Shown: positions 1 to 10,080, counted from the first letter of the stretch. The stretch: 64,000 nucleotides of DNA from a virus (IMGVR_UViG_3300044984_001443:5608-69607), one strand, 5' to 3'. Translations and numbers: made by a program. Notes: a model not told the origin generated them from the sequence alone.

Positions 1-3
1 CTA

Positions 4-516
4 TTGACCGATGTCGTGGGTGGCGAGAACGGCCCTGTCGGACTTGGACGTGATCCATTGGTTGCTCAGTATCTCCTACCCGAATGGTCTAAGAACATAA
101 GCGACGCGCTAATCAATCAGGCAAATATCAAGGGTAGTCCTGGATTTGATCCAGGATTTGAGCAAGCGAAGCAGGTAGAACAAATGACCGCATTGGGCCT
201 CAGTGTCCAAGACATTGCCGCGACCTTGAGAATTGAACCCAAGCTCCTTGAGAAGTATTACAAGTACGAGATTGAGACATCTGCCCAACGTATCAATCAA
301 GCGGTAGCCAAAGTCGCCCTCCAAAGCGCCCTCGGAGGAGATACGGATATGGTCAAATTCTGGCTCAAGACTCGAGCTGGATGGAAGGAGACGAAGGAAG
401 TTCAGATGACCGGAGCCAACGGAGGACCTATCCAATTTCAGGAAGTCAAGGCGAACTTCTTGGCCTCTATTGAAGCTGAGATCACCGACATTGATTACGA
501 AGAAGACTCGAAATAA
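4..516 (+). CDS. terS: terminase small subunit (true start may lie upstream of the window)
   Basis: HTH-like segment (GLSVQDIAATLRIEPKLLEKYY..EL), FWLKTRAGWKET and TGANGGPI motifs typical of TerS; upstream of TerL. Confidence 0.75.
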   Translation: MTDVVGGENGPVGLGRDPLVAQYLLPEWSKNISDALINQANIKGSPGFDPGFEQAKQVEQMTALGLSVQDIAATLRIEPKLLEKYYKYEIETSAQRINQAVAKVALQSALGGDTDMVKFWLKTRAGWKETKEVQMTGANGGPIQFQEVKANFLASIEAEITDIDYEEDSK

Positions 517-529
517 CGCGCCAACAAAA

Positions 530-541
530 TTGAGCTATACT
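530..541 (+). promoter_or_regulatory. putative late promoter -10 element TTGAGCTATACT (copy 1)
   Basis: identical 12-mer also at 3038-3049; both lie 30-32 nt upstream of a start codon. Confidence 0.5.
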
Positions 542-573
542 ACTCGCAGCAAACTTCGGCAGGTGATACGATC

Positions 574-1215
574 ATGCAAGGTATTCTTTCAGCGTTAGCA
601 AATAAATTTGGAAACAAAGCTCGCGACGATGTGATGCCGTTGATTGACAAAGCGTTACAAGGGAAATGGAAGGATCTTGCAGGAACTGCTTACGAAACTG
701 TTGCACCGCTCCCTTTGCAAGCGATGACGTATTCTCCAGAGGCCGAAGCTGCTCTGATAAAACTTTATCACGGTGGTAAAGCCTTCAAGAAATGGGATCC
801 TAAGAAGATTGGCAGCGGTGAAGGGTTCCTAATGCCGTTGGGTCCAGGATTGTATGCTGGAAACAATCCTCAATTGGCTGAGGTGTATATGAAATATGGC
901 GGAAAAGACCCCGCTCTTTTGGAACTGTTAGTAGACGATACGAACATTTTACAGACATCCAAAAAGATGTCACCGTTGCATCGAGCAGCGTATGATGCTG
1001 CAACAAAGCGATTTGATGAAATGGGTCTAAGAGGTAGTTCCAACGGTATCCCAAACTCATTTTTAAGTGGAAGATACTACGACAAAGAGTTGACTAGAAA
1101 TGCGCTCGTAGATTCTAAAATCGATGGTCTGAAACAGCATCTGAACGATGATTTCGGTGACGAATTTGCCATTTATAACCCTGACATCATCAAATCAATA
1201 ACAAGGTTAAAATGA
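574..1215 (+). CDS. ADP-ribosyltransferase-like protein (ART-PolyVal-like domain)
   Basis: LYHGG..F.KWD..KIGSGEG....GPGLY motif and C-terminal DEFAIYNP with candidate catalytic Glu. Confidence 0.55.
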   Translation: MQGILSALANKFGNKARDDVMPLIDKALQGKWKDLAGTAYETVAPLPLQAMTYSPEAEAALIKLYHGGKAFKKWDPKKIGSGEGFLMPLGPGLYAGNNPQLAEVYMKYGGKDPALLELLVDDTNILQTSKKMSPLHRAAYDAATKRFDEMGLRGSSNGIPNSFLSGRYYDKELTRNALVDSKIDGLKQHLNDDFGDEFAIYNPDIIKSITRLK

Positions 1216-2966
1216 CCGACGTTCTCAAGTCGACCGACAAACCGAGCGTCGAGTACCTCTCAGCCCGAGAAAAGTTTGACAGTCTGCCAGCGAAGAAGCG
1301 GGCGGAGATGGTACGCGCAATGTCAGACGAAGACGCTGCCAAGCTCCAATTTGACTGGGAGTTCCTTGGTCGCCCGAAACAATTGGCTCCAGATCACAAG
1401 AAGTCAAAAGCGACTTCTTACTGCATGTGCGCCTATCTCCGCGCTCAAAGTAAGACAGACAAAAAATTAAAAATCGAAAATTTTCCAGGGTGTCATCACC
1501 ATTCGAAAGTTGATCAATCGACACTTGACCGGCGTGAATGGGTTGAAGAAGAGAAAACAAACGTCGTAATCGCCTACGAACCGCCAGACGAAGACGGATG
1601 GACTCCAATCCAACATCTTACGCCGAACGTATGGATCAAAGAAGTACCGAATCCTAATGATGACGTTTGCGAGTTCCGCAAGCAATGGGCGACATGGGTT
1701 CTATTGGCAGGACGTGGATTTGGTAAGACTCGAGTCGGAGCTGAACTCGCTCGAGAGATGGTTGAAACGAATCAGGCGAAGCGCATCGCAGTCATCAGCC
1801 CGACTGCCTCAGACGCTCGTGACGTTGCGGTAGAAGGTCAATCAGGTCTAGTCAACGTTTGCCCTCCGTGGGCGCGTCCGTTGTATGAGTCAACGAAACG
1901 TCGAGTCACTTGGCCCAATGGAGCGCAAGCATCCCTCTTCTCAGCAGAAGAACCAGAACGATTACGCGGTCCTCAATTTGACTTCGCATGGGTTGACGAG
2001 ATTGCAGGTTACGACATCAACACGCAACAGATGACTTGGGACATGTTGCAGTTCTGTTTGCGCCTTGGAACAAATCCGCGATGCGTCGTAACGACAACTC
2101 CGAAACCCACTCCATTGATCCAGCAGTTGGTCAAACTCGCAAGGCATCCGATCAATAAGATCGTGATGACAACGGGATCAACGTATGAGAACAAGACCAA
2201 TCTTGCCGCGCCATTCATGCGGCAGATTACGCAATACGAAGGAACAAATCTAGGTCGTCAGGAGATCTATGCAGAACTGATTGACATCGAAGAATCGGGT
2301 ATCTTAAAGCGGTCTTGGTTCAAACAATGGTCTTCCAAGAAAGCGATGCCAGTCTTTGAATTCGTTCTTCAGAGTTACGACACTGCGTTCACAGAGAAAA
2401 CTGAAAATGATCCAACCGGATGTATCACCTTTGGCGTCTTCAGACCGACACCGGATGAACCTCATTGCGTCATGCTCCTGGATTGCTGGACCGAGCATCT
2501 GAAATACCCTGAACTCCGCAAGAAAGCAGTTGAAGAATTCAAATGCGTTTACGGAGACCAAGAAGCTCCAGTTGATATGCTGTTGATTGAAGACAAAGGT
2601 TCCGGTATTCCTTTGATTCAGGATTTGCAACGCGCAGGGTTACCGATACGGAAATACAATCCCGGAAGACCTGACAAGGTCATGCGCCTCCATGCTGTCT
2701 CTCACCTCGTTTACAATGGGCGCGTTTACATTCCTGAGAGCAAACAGGTTCCAGGGGAATTTGTCACATGGTCAGAAGACTTCCTGCGTGAGGTTTGTAG
2801 CTTCCCCAATAGCGCACATGATGAATATGTCGATTGCCTGAGCCAAGGTCTCGCAGTCTTCAGAGATCAGGAGTGGCTCTCCATTGATCCAGAACCTGAG
2901 CAGGATGATTGGGAACCTGACGAAGACGAGAAGAGAACCGTTTACAGTAACCCTTATGCGGCGTAG
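1212..2966 (+). CDS. terL: terminase large subunit
   Basis: Walker A AGRGFGKT, RLRGPQFDFAWVDE Walker B, TTTPKP, RNase H-like nuclease with SYDTA and FPNSAHDEYVD. Confidence 0.95.
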   Translation: MTDVLKSTDKPSVEYLSAREKFDSLPAKKRAEMVRAMSDEDAAKLQFDWEFLGRPKQLAPDHKKSKATSYCMCAYLRAQSKTDKKLKIENFPGCHHHSKVDQSTLDRREWVEEEKTNVVIAYEPPDEDGWTPIQHLTPNVWIKEVPNPNDDVCEFRKQWATWVLLAGRGFGKTRVGAELAREMVETNQAKRIAVISPTASDARDVAVEGQSGLVNVCPPWARPLYESTKRRVTWPNGAQASLFSAEEPERLRGPQFDFAWVDEIAGYDINTQQMTWDMLQFCLRLGTNPRCVVTTTPKPTPLIQQLVKLARHPINKIVMTTGSTYENKTNLAAPFMRQITQYEGTNLGRQEIYAELIDIEESGILKRSWFKQWSSKKAMPVFEFVLQSYDTAFTEKTENDPTGCITFGVFRPTPDEPHCVMLLDCWTEHLKYPELRKKAVEEFKCVYGDQEAPVDMLLIEDKGSGIPLIQDLQRAGLPIRKYNPGRPDKVMRLHAVSHLVYNGRVYIPESKQVPGEFVTWSEDFLREVCSFPNSAHDEYVDCLSQGLAVFRDQEWLSIDPEPEQDDWEPDEDEKRTVYSNPYAA

Positions 2967-3037
2967 AACGTGCGTCAATCGCTTCTGTTAAATGTCAATC
3001 GAATTAGACAGATAAATTGCAGCGCAGCAATAAATAG

Positions 3038-3049
3038 TTGAGCTATACT
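3038..3049 (+). promoter_or_regulatory. putative late promoter -10 element TTGAGCTATACT (copy 2)
   Basis: exact repeat of 530-541 in an intergenic gap. Confidence 0.5.
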
Positions 3050-3078
3050 GTGCTCAAACTTTTGTTTGCGGGTGATCT

Positions 3079-3861
3079 ATGGCAAAACCGACTTATCATG
3101 AACTGCTCAAACCGCATAAGGCTCGCAAGCCACATGATGTAGATAAGATCATTGCTCTGGCAAAATATTATAACGATCTGTTTGACCTGCCGGAGAACCT
3201 TGTCCCTGCTGCGGCAATGAAGGAGTCGGATTTTGACTATTTGGCAAAATCCCCCACTGGCCCATTAGGATTGATGCAGATGGGCGGTGCGGCGCGACGT
3301 GAAACAGGTGTCACAAATCCATTTGATCCTGAACAAAGTCTGATGGGCGGCGCGGCCTATTATCGCCATTTGATGGATAATTTCAAAGCCAAACCCACAA
3401 ATGTTAAAGAACTGAGCGCGATGTACACCGAAGGTCCAGGTGCAGGTGGTAAAATGGTTCGCGGCCTTCGCCCATACAATACGCAAGCAATTGAACATTA
3501 TAAGAAGTTGCAAAAAGGTCGACAGAAAATCAATAGTTCAGATGAAATGATTGCTCTTGCGAATGAGGAGCAAGAAGTCCAAGGTAATCCAATGGAAATT
3601 GATATCCCGATTAATTTCAACGGATATAGTGAAGGTTCTTTAGAACAAATCTTAAGCGGATATGGTCAGAACGAATCTAAAGGGTTAAGTACAAAGAAAT
3701 ACATGGAATTACCCAAGAAGGCACGCGAAATCTTGGAACGCTTTAAGAAGCTCTATATCGAACCTTCTCCTTCGCTAGTTGAACTACCTGAAGAATTTGA
3801 CGAATTGCAAGATATGATGAGTTCTGTAAACAATATCGACACTGTTCCGATTAGGTGGTAA
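3079..3861 (+). CDS. lytic transglycosylase (SLT domain) protein, probably virion-associated
   Basis: AMKESDF (catalytic ES), A.SPTGPLGLMQM, NPFDPEQSLMGGAAYY motifs. Confidence 0.85.
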   Translation: MAKPTYHELLKPHKARKPHDVDKIIALAKYYNDLFDLPENLVPAAAMKESDFDYLAKSPTGPLGLMQMGGAARRETGVTNPFDPEQSLMGGAAYYRHLMDNFKAKPTNVKELSAMYTEGPGAGGKMVRGLRPYNTQAIEHYKKLQKGRQKINSSDEMIALANEEQEVQGNPMEIDIPINFNGYSEGSLEQILSGYGQNESKGLSTKKYMELPKKAREILERFKKLYIEPSPSLVELPEEFDELQDMMSSVNNIDTVPIRW

Positions 3862-3863
3862 CG

Positions 3864-4253
3864 ATGCAAGGAATTTTAGAACTTCTCGCCAATCTAAAAC
3901 GCGCCAACAGTTACAGTGATCAGGCTGAAAAGCTGACTAATCACACTGACGGTTGGGAGAACAACGGTAATGGTGACGCACTGCGCCATGCCATCGCAGG
4001 TGGTTTGATTGCCCGCAACATTTCACCAGAAGCTGCGAAATCTGCCAATTGGATCCATGAAAATCTCCTCGGTCTCGGGCAACCTGATTCAGAAAAAGAA
4101 ATGGATCTGGCGAACACTCAGTTCGGCATAACTTATGGCCCTTCGTTCCCATCAGATCAAGAGTTCATTGATTATCTTCACCGCGTAAAGAACACAGGTC
4201 TCCTGAAGAAAATCAACAAGTCGCATCGTTACACCGCTGAACAGGACTATTGA
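3864..4253 (+). CDS. DUF6973/serum-amyloid-A-like domain protein
   Basis: GDALRHA...IHE...EKEMDLANT.FG pattern; ATG at 3864 after AGGTGG. Confidence 0.55.
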   Translation: MQGILELLANLKRANSYSDQAEKLTNHTDGWENNGNGDALRHAIAGGLIARNISPEAAKSANWIHENLLGLGQPDSEKEMDLANTQFGITYGPSFPSDQEFIDYLHRVKNTGLLKKINKSHRYTAEQDY

Positions 4254-4254
4254 C

Positions 4255-6198
4255 ATGGCCGACCTTTACGACCTCCTCGCTAAGATCAATAAGCAGAACA
4301 CCCTCAAAGCGCCAGATCGCAATCCGCTGATTTCAAATCAGGCGGAAATGGCGAAGAAGGTGAAAGCGTTTCTGAACAAATACGAAACGAAGAAGGTCGG
4401 CAAGATCGATTCACCTTGGAATAAATACGGTGCAGGTCACGAACTCGGTTCACTTCTATTTGGCGAATCACCCGAACTTCTTGACGACATGTCCTACGGT
4501 CTGAACCCGTTGACCTCAGGTGGTAGAACCGGGCGTCTTCCGATTCCTGACAAACGCCTGCTTGACATGCCTATCCCGACTCCTGTAGAAGGTATGCTCG
4601 GTGTTATCAAGAACAAAGGCGAAAATTGGCTGACTGGGTCGGTTGAAAATGCTTTGAAATATTTGCGACAAACTGAGGGGCCGGAAAATCCCATTGAATA
4701 TATGATGAGGAATCATCCTGATATCGCTAATCCAATTTTAGATCGACCTGATAATTTCAGAAATATAATCAATACTCCTGAATACAAAAGTTACGTTAAT
4801 TCATTACCTATTAATCAATGGATCGACGGTCCGCTTACAAACTACATCAAGAACTCAATGGCGACTCCGGAAGATCCGATTCGCCTGCGTGCAGATCGCC
4901 TTGCAAAAGCGGCAGAAGATCGCCTTTACGCAGCTAAAGATAAAGCATTCAAGAAGTATCCTGAAGGTGGTGTTCGTTTAGAAAACGATATCCGTCGTGC
5001 TCAAGAACGTTACGACGATGAAATGTCGGCGGCGTTGCATTATGATCCTTCATCATATACATTTAACACAGGGTTGTTGAATAAGAAAAGAGGTAATGAA
5101 AATTTTAATCCCGATGGGATGGCTTCTTCTGAACTTGCTAAAATGTGGGAGAATGCTTCAGATTCAGCGATACAACCAGATACTGCTGGAAACTATTCTA
5201 GAAACTGGTTATCTAATCAAACTCCTGAAAATATAGAAAAAGGTTACGTTAAAGAAAGTCCTAACCTATGGGTTAAAAATCTTCCTTCAGATTTGACAAA
5301 AGTTTACGAGCTTTCAGGAAATTCAGTAACCGGTTTCGACCACCTCGTCGACGAAATCGGCAACGCGCTCAGCCCGACATCCGACCTACCAAACAACCTT
5401 CGCCTCACTCCTGAAGACCTCGCAAACCCGCGCAGGAATTCTATGGAATCAATGGTTGACATGGTTGCCAAAATCAACCAACATCGCCGCCGCATGGCGA
5501 TCGAAGCTGAAAAGAAAGGTAACGAAGCGATTCGTGATTATCCTGATTGGAATGTTGTAAAAGAATACCCCGACGGTTATCGCATGGTACGCCTCCCTGA
5601 TGTTGCAGATTCTGAAGAAGCCTTCAAGATCGGTAAAGCCTGCGGCGAGAAAGGTGGATGGTGTACGCAAGGTGACAACATGATCCAGAACTATGGATCA
5701 GGTGAATCGCGTTTGAATCTCCTCCTTGATCCTGATGGAAAACCTGTTGCTCAGATTGAGACAACTAAAGAATATGTTGATCCGATAAATCACGTATATC
5801 ATAATCTTATGGACCATGACAGACGTGTAGAGATAGATGGGTATATGGGTCTCGATGACCGTGGGGCGGTCGATATGGACCCTTGGTACGCCGCCATCAA
5901 AGACTCTCCTGAATACCAAAACTATCTTCAAGAGTCTCCGAAATTCAACATCGGTCAAATCAAAGGTAAACATAACGGCAAACCGAAAGCCGAACATATT
6001 CCGTATCTTCAAGATTTCGTGAAGTCTGGTAACTTCTCGGATGTGAGTGATTTGGATAATGTGGAAATGTATCGAAAGAATTCATTAACCCCTGACGAGC
6101 AATTGTTGGCTGACACTGATTATTTGACAATGGAGCAGATTCAACAGCTCCGTGAAGGAAAACCTTGGACCCCAATTGACACCACTGAAGATTGGTAG
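4255..6198 (+). CDS. large protein with C-terminal PcfJ-GK-like domain (polyvalent-protein family)
   Basis: G..GGWCTQG...YGSG.SRL.LLLD.DGKP.AQIE...IGQIKGKHN. Confidence 0.55.
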   Translation: MADLYDLLAKINKQNTLKAPDRNPLISNQAEMAKKVKAFLNKYETKKVGKIDSPWNKYGAGHELGSLLFGESPELLDDMSYGLNPLTSGGRTGRLPIPDKRLLDMPIPTPVEGMLGVIKNKGENWLTGSVENALKYLRQTEGPENPIEYMMRNHPDIANPILDRPDNFRNIINTPEYKSYVNSLPINQWIDGPLTNYIKNSMATPEDPIRLRADRLAKAAEDRLYAAKDKAFKKYPEGGVRLENDIRRAQERYDDEMSAALHYDPSSYTFNTGLLNKKRGNENFNPDGMASSELAKMWENASDSAIQPDTAGNYSRNWLSNQTPENIEKGYVKESPNLWVKNLPSDLTKVYELSGNSVTGFDHLVDEIGNALSPTSDLPNNLRLTPEDLANPRRNSMESMVDMVAKINQHRRRMAIEAEKKGNEAIRDYPDWNVVKEYPDGYRMVRLPDVADSEEAFKIGKACGEKGGWCTQGDNMIQNYGSGESRLNLLLDPDGKPVAQIETTKEYVDPINHVYHNLMDHDRRVEIDGYMGLDDRGAVDMDPWYAAIKDSPEYQNYLQESPKFNIGQIKGKHNGKPKAEHIPYLQDFVKSGNFSDVSDLDNVEMYRKNSLTPDEQLLADTDYLTMEQIQQLREGKPWTPIDTTEDW

Positions 6199-6252
6199 CC
6201 AACAAGCTCCACAACCTGCTAAACTACGTCAATATTCTTAAAGAGAAACAAC

Positions 6253-9009
6253 ATGATTGAAATCACAGATCCGATGGAAGAAATGGAAGAATCAGCAGAA
6301 GAGATACTTCCGGAACAAGAAATCGATGAAGTCGTGGAACAAGAGGACGGATCTGCTGTTATTTCACTTGATGACCTTGAAGAAGGTCCGCAGATGTTTG
6401 ATGGTAATCTTGCGGAACACGTTTCTAGCAGCGAATTGTCGTATATTGCAGACGATTTGATCGAAGCGATTGAACGTGATCAGAAAGCTCGTGAGAAACG
6501 GGACAAACAATATGAAGAAGGTCTGCGTCGCACAGGTCTAGGTGACGACGCACCGGGCGGCGCTCAGTTTTCTGGCGCAAGCCGTGTCGTACACCCGATT
6601 CTTGCTGAAGCGTGTGTCGATTTCTCTGCGCGGGCGATCAAAGAATTGTTCCCCGCAGGCGGTCCGGTCAAAATTGAGTCCGATGGAGAGCTTAACCAGG
6701 AAGAAGAGAAACAAGCTGTCTCTCTTCGTAAATGCTTGAATGAGCAATTTGTTCGTAAAATGCCCGAATATCGACGCGTTTTTGAGCAAAAACTGACTCA
6801 ATTACCCCTTGGTGGTAGTCAATTCACGAAATTCTACTATGACGCGTCCAAAGGGCGTATTCGCAGTGAATTTGTTCCAATTGACGATATTTTCCTTCCT
6901 TATTACGCAGATTCGTTCTACGACGCAGAACGGGTCACGCATCGTCAGTATCTTGTTGAGTCAGATTACCGTTCACGCGTAGAATCTGGTCAATACTTGG
7001 ACACTGCGATCCTTGCTGCAACAGATCCTGAGTTCTCATCTTCCAAAGAAGCCAATGATAAGATCGAAGGTAAGGAACGCGACGGTTATAATGAAGACGG
7101 CGCTCGCATCGTTTATGAAGTCTACACATGGCTTGAAATCGATGACGATGAATTCACGCAAGGTGTCAAAGCGCCGTATATTGTCTCTATTGACGAGTAT
7201 GACCAGAAGGTTCTTAGTATCTATCGCAACTGGGAAGAGCAAGATATTACGCTCACCAAGCTCGATTGGATCGTTGAAGACATCTTTATCACTTGGCGCG
7301 GTGCATACGGTATCGGTTTACCACACCTGATCGGCGGTTTGTCTGCCGCTGCAACAGGTTCACTCCGCGCCCTACTTGACAGCGCTCACATCAACAACGC
7401 GCCCACATTGTTAAAGTTGAAGGCCAGTCGTATCTCTGGTCAGAATCAAACGGTTGCCGTAACGCAGATTGCAGATATTGAAGGCCCGGTCGGTATTGAT
7501 GATATTCGCAAGCATATCATGCCGATGCCGTTCAACCAACCTTCTCCAGTTCTGTTCCAACTTCTTGGTTGGCTGACCGATGCGGCAAAGGGTGTCGTTA
7601 GTACCGCAAGCGAAAAGATTGCTGATGCAACGTCAAATACTCCTGTAGGTACTGTTCAGGCGTTGATTGAACAAGGGGCTGTGATCTTCTCCAGCATCCA
7701 CAGTCGTTTGCATTACAGTCAGGCAAAAGCGTTTGAAATTGTTCTTCGCCTATTGAAGACATATCAACCGCAGGAATTGCAGAAGTTCGGCGTTGATCCG
7801 CAAGCGGCAAATCTGATCAACGTGCGCCCTGTAAGCGATCCGCAAATCTTCAGTGAAGCGCAACGCTTCGCACAGATGCAAGGTGTTCTTCAACTTGCCG
7901 CTTCTGATCCTGAAATGGCGATGAAGTACAATAAGGTGGAACTTCATCGCTCGATGTTGATGTTGATGAAGGTCAACAATGTTGATCGTATTCTTCCGCC
8001 TCCGCCGCAACCTCCGCAACCTGTTGATCCTGCTGGTGAGATGATCGCATGGATGCAGGGTAAACCTGTTGCAGTTGCCCCGCAGATGGACCACATGGCG
8101 CACATCATGGTTCACATGAACTACCTGCGGAACTCGATGTATGGGCGCAATCCTGTCATGGTTCCCATTACTGCCAAAGTTCTTGATCACCTTGGTGAGC
8201 ATCTTGGTTACTTCATGGCGATGCGTTTGGCAAACAGTGTTCAACAGTCGCAAATGGAAGCGCAACAGGTAATGCAGATGGGCGGTATCCCTGCTCAAAT
8301 TCCTCCTGAAACGTTGATGGCTCAGGAGTCTGCCAATATCCTTGGTATGGATGATGAAATCGCTTTTGAAGCTGTTCAGCTGATCGAAGAGATTGCTGAG
8401 TTCGTACGCATCAATGGGCCACAAGATCCTAATATGGCTTCTGTTAAGATGACTGCAGATATCCAGCGTATGGATATTGAGCGTCAGCGCGATAAAGACT
8501 TGATGGAAGCGAAATTGAAGTCTGAGGCAGAAATGCGTCGTGCAGAAGGTGACGCAATGAAGCTCCAACTTGACGAACGTAAGTTGGTCATGGCTCAGAT
8601 GGCTGAACAGATTCGTTCTGAAACCAGTAAGAATATTGAAGAAATGCGCCAAATGGTCGAACTTCGTAACAATGAAGAAGACAACCGTATTCGTCAAATG
8701 ACTGAGCTGATGAAGAATGAAGATGACAACCGCACTCGTTTGCTCGTTGAGAAGATGAAAGGTGAATTCACCGCTTTCGCACAATCTTTGAACTCTGATA
8801 AAGAGCAAAAGGACAAGGAGGAGTCTCCTCAGTTGAAACAGATTGAGAAGATGTTGCAGCAAGCGGAAGCCACCAAGCAGGATGATCGCCTCGGTGTGAT
8901 TATGGAAGGTCTTAAGGAAGCTATCGCTTCTGCAAGACAACCGCGAGTCACAACCGCAATGCGCGATGAAAATGGCGAATTAATTGGCGCACGTTCAGAA
9001 CTCGCTTAA
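6253..9009 (+). CDS. portal protein with long C-terminal coiled-coil extension
   Basis: GASRVVHPILAEAC, LPLGGSQFTKFYYD, GAYGIGLPHLIGGLSAAATGSLRALLDS, PVGTVQALIEQG motifs of podovirus-type portals; 918 aa. Confidence 0.9.
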   Translation: MIEITDPMEEMEESAEEILPEQEIDEVVEQEDGSAVISLDDLEEGPQMFDGNLAEHVSSSELSYIADDLIEAIERDQKAREKRDKQYEEGLRRTGLGDDAPGGAQFSGASRVVHPILAEACVDFSARAIKELFPAGGPVKIESDGELNQEEEKQAVSLRKCLNEQFVRKMPEYRRVFEQKLTQLPLGGSQFTKFYYDASKGRIRSEFVPIDDIFLPYYADSFYDAERVTHRQYLVESDYRSRVESGQYLDTAILAATDPEFSSSKEANDKIEGKERDGYNEDGARIVYEVYTWLEIDDDEFTQGVKAPYIVSIDEYDQKVLSIYRNWEEQDITLTKLDWIVEDIFITWRGAYGIGLPHLIGGLSAAATGSLRALLDSAHINNAPTLLKLKASRISGQNQTVAVTQIADIEGPVGIDDIRKHIMPMPFNQPSPVLFQLLGWLTDAAKGVVSTASEKIADATSNTPVGTVQALIEQGAVIFSSIHSRLHYSQAKAFEIVLRLLKTYQPQELQKFGVDPQAANLINVRPVSDPQIFSEAQRFAQMQGVLQLAASDPEMAMKYNKVELHRSMLMLMKVNNVDRILPPPPQPPQPVDPAGEMIAWMQGKPVAVAPQMDHMAHIMVHMNYLRNSMYGRNPVMVPITAKVLDHLGEHLGYFMAMRLANSVQQSQMEAQQVMQMGGIPAQIPPETLMAQESANILGMDDEIAFEAVQLIEEIAEFVRINGPQDPNMASVKMTADIQRMDIERQRDKDLMEAKLKSEAEMRRAEGDAMKLQLDERKLVMAQMAEQIRSETSKNIEEMRQMVELRNNEEDNRIRQMTELMKNEDDNRTRLLVEKMKGEFTAFAQSLNSDKEQKDKEESPQLKQIEKMLQQAEATKQDDRLGVIMEGLKEAIASARQPRVTTAMRDENGELIGARSELA

Positions 9010-9066
9010 ACTACTTGCACAATGCTCAAGGGCGTGTAAAATGAGTAAATACTTGTGGAGATACAA

Positions 9067-10080
9067 ATGAACCCGATGATGCAACCTCCCATTGGAATGA
9101 TGAATCGGCAACCTTCGCAAAATAACATGCCGGTCAGAGCACCGATGCCTCCTGGAATTCCTAATTCCCCGATGCCTCCTGCAGTCATGGGTCAATGGAG
9201 TCCTCCGCAAGCTCCCCAGTATATCAAAACGATGATTCAGAAAGGTGATACGCTTTCTGCATTGGCAAAACGTCATGGAACGACTGTAAGTTCTTTAATG
9301 TATTTGAATGGTATCAAAGATGCAGATACGATCTATGCAAATAAAGAAATAATGGTTCCTAACCCGCGTTTTCCCAAGATGCAACCTGGTATGACAATGG
9401 GTGGGCAAAACCCCGCGCTTGCTCCTGCCGGTGCTACACAGAGTATGCGTAACGGCCCCCAAAACCCGAGAGGTATGCCGCAAGAACTCGGTCCTGATCA
9501 AGTTAACGACGCTATGATGCAAATGTTACCTGCCGGAAAAGCTGCAACGTTGGGCGCTGGAGCGTTAGGTGCGTTGATGCCGAAGGCGATTCAGAAACTC
9601 GGGCAAATGGCTCCTCGCATGGCACAAGCCGGGAAAGTTGATGCAGGTATGATGCGTAAAGCGTTCGGTGCTCGCGGTGATATGCCGTTAGCAATGAATA
9701 ATGTTCGCCCCACAGGTGGAAACGCTCAAGGGATGGCAGCAGCAATGTTGTCCTCACCGCTTAATCGTGTTATGGCTGGTAGAGGTAGTATCCCCGCTGG
9801 TTCAATAGATGAAGCGATGGCGAGTCTTAAAAACATCCCACCGGGTTCTTTAGATGGCGTAATGGGTGCAGGCAAAAAGGCGGCTCCGAGTCTTCTGGAT
9901 GACGTTATGGCGGGGCGTAAAAACATTCCTCCAGGTTCAATTGACGACGTTATGGCGTCACGCGGAGATATTCCGGCAGGTTCATTGGACGATGCAATCG
10001 CATCTATAAATCAATCTCCGCTTGCCGAAGAACTCAAATCGATGTTGAATCATGTTGCCCATCGCAGTAGCAAGTGGTGA
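9067..10080 (+). CDS. LysM-domain protein with Pro/Met-rich low complexity and C-terminal tandem repeats
   Basis: IQKGDTLSALAKRHGTTVSSLMYLNGIKDADTIYANKEIMVP = LysM; GGAG RBS before ATG 9067. Confidence 0.75.
   Translation: MNPMMQPPIGMMNRQPSQNNMPVRAPMPPGIPNSPMPPAVMGQWSPPQAPQYIKTMIQKGDTLSALAKRHGTTVSSLMYLNGIKDADTIYANKEIMVPNPRFPKMQPGMTMGGQNPALAPAGATQSMRNGPQNPRGMPQELGPDQVNDAMMQMLPAGKAATLGAGALGALMPKAIQKLGQMAPRMAQAGKVDAGMMRKAFGARGDMPLAMNNVRPTGGNAQGMAAAMLSSPLNRVMAGRGSIPAGSIDEAMASLKNIPPGSLDGVMGAGKKAAPSLLDDVMAGRKNIPPGSIDDVMASRGDIPAGSLDDAIASINQSPLAEELKSMLNHVAHRSSKW

Noticed and set aside
1392-1685. Intein in TerL
   Set aside because: No N-terminal C/S block or C-terminal HN-C/S/T, and too short; reported as an insertion instead
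7750-8940. 396-aa minus-strand ORF
   Set aside because: Antisense shadow of the portal gene; no recognisable motifs
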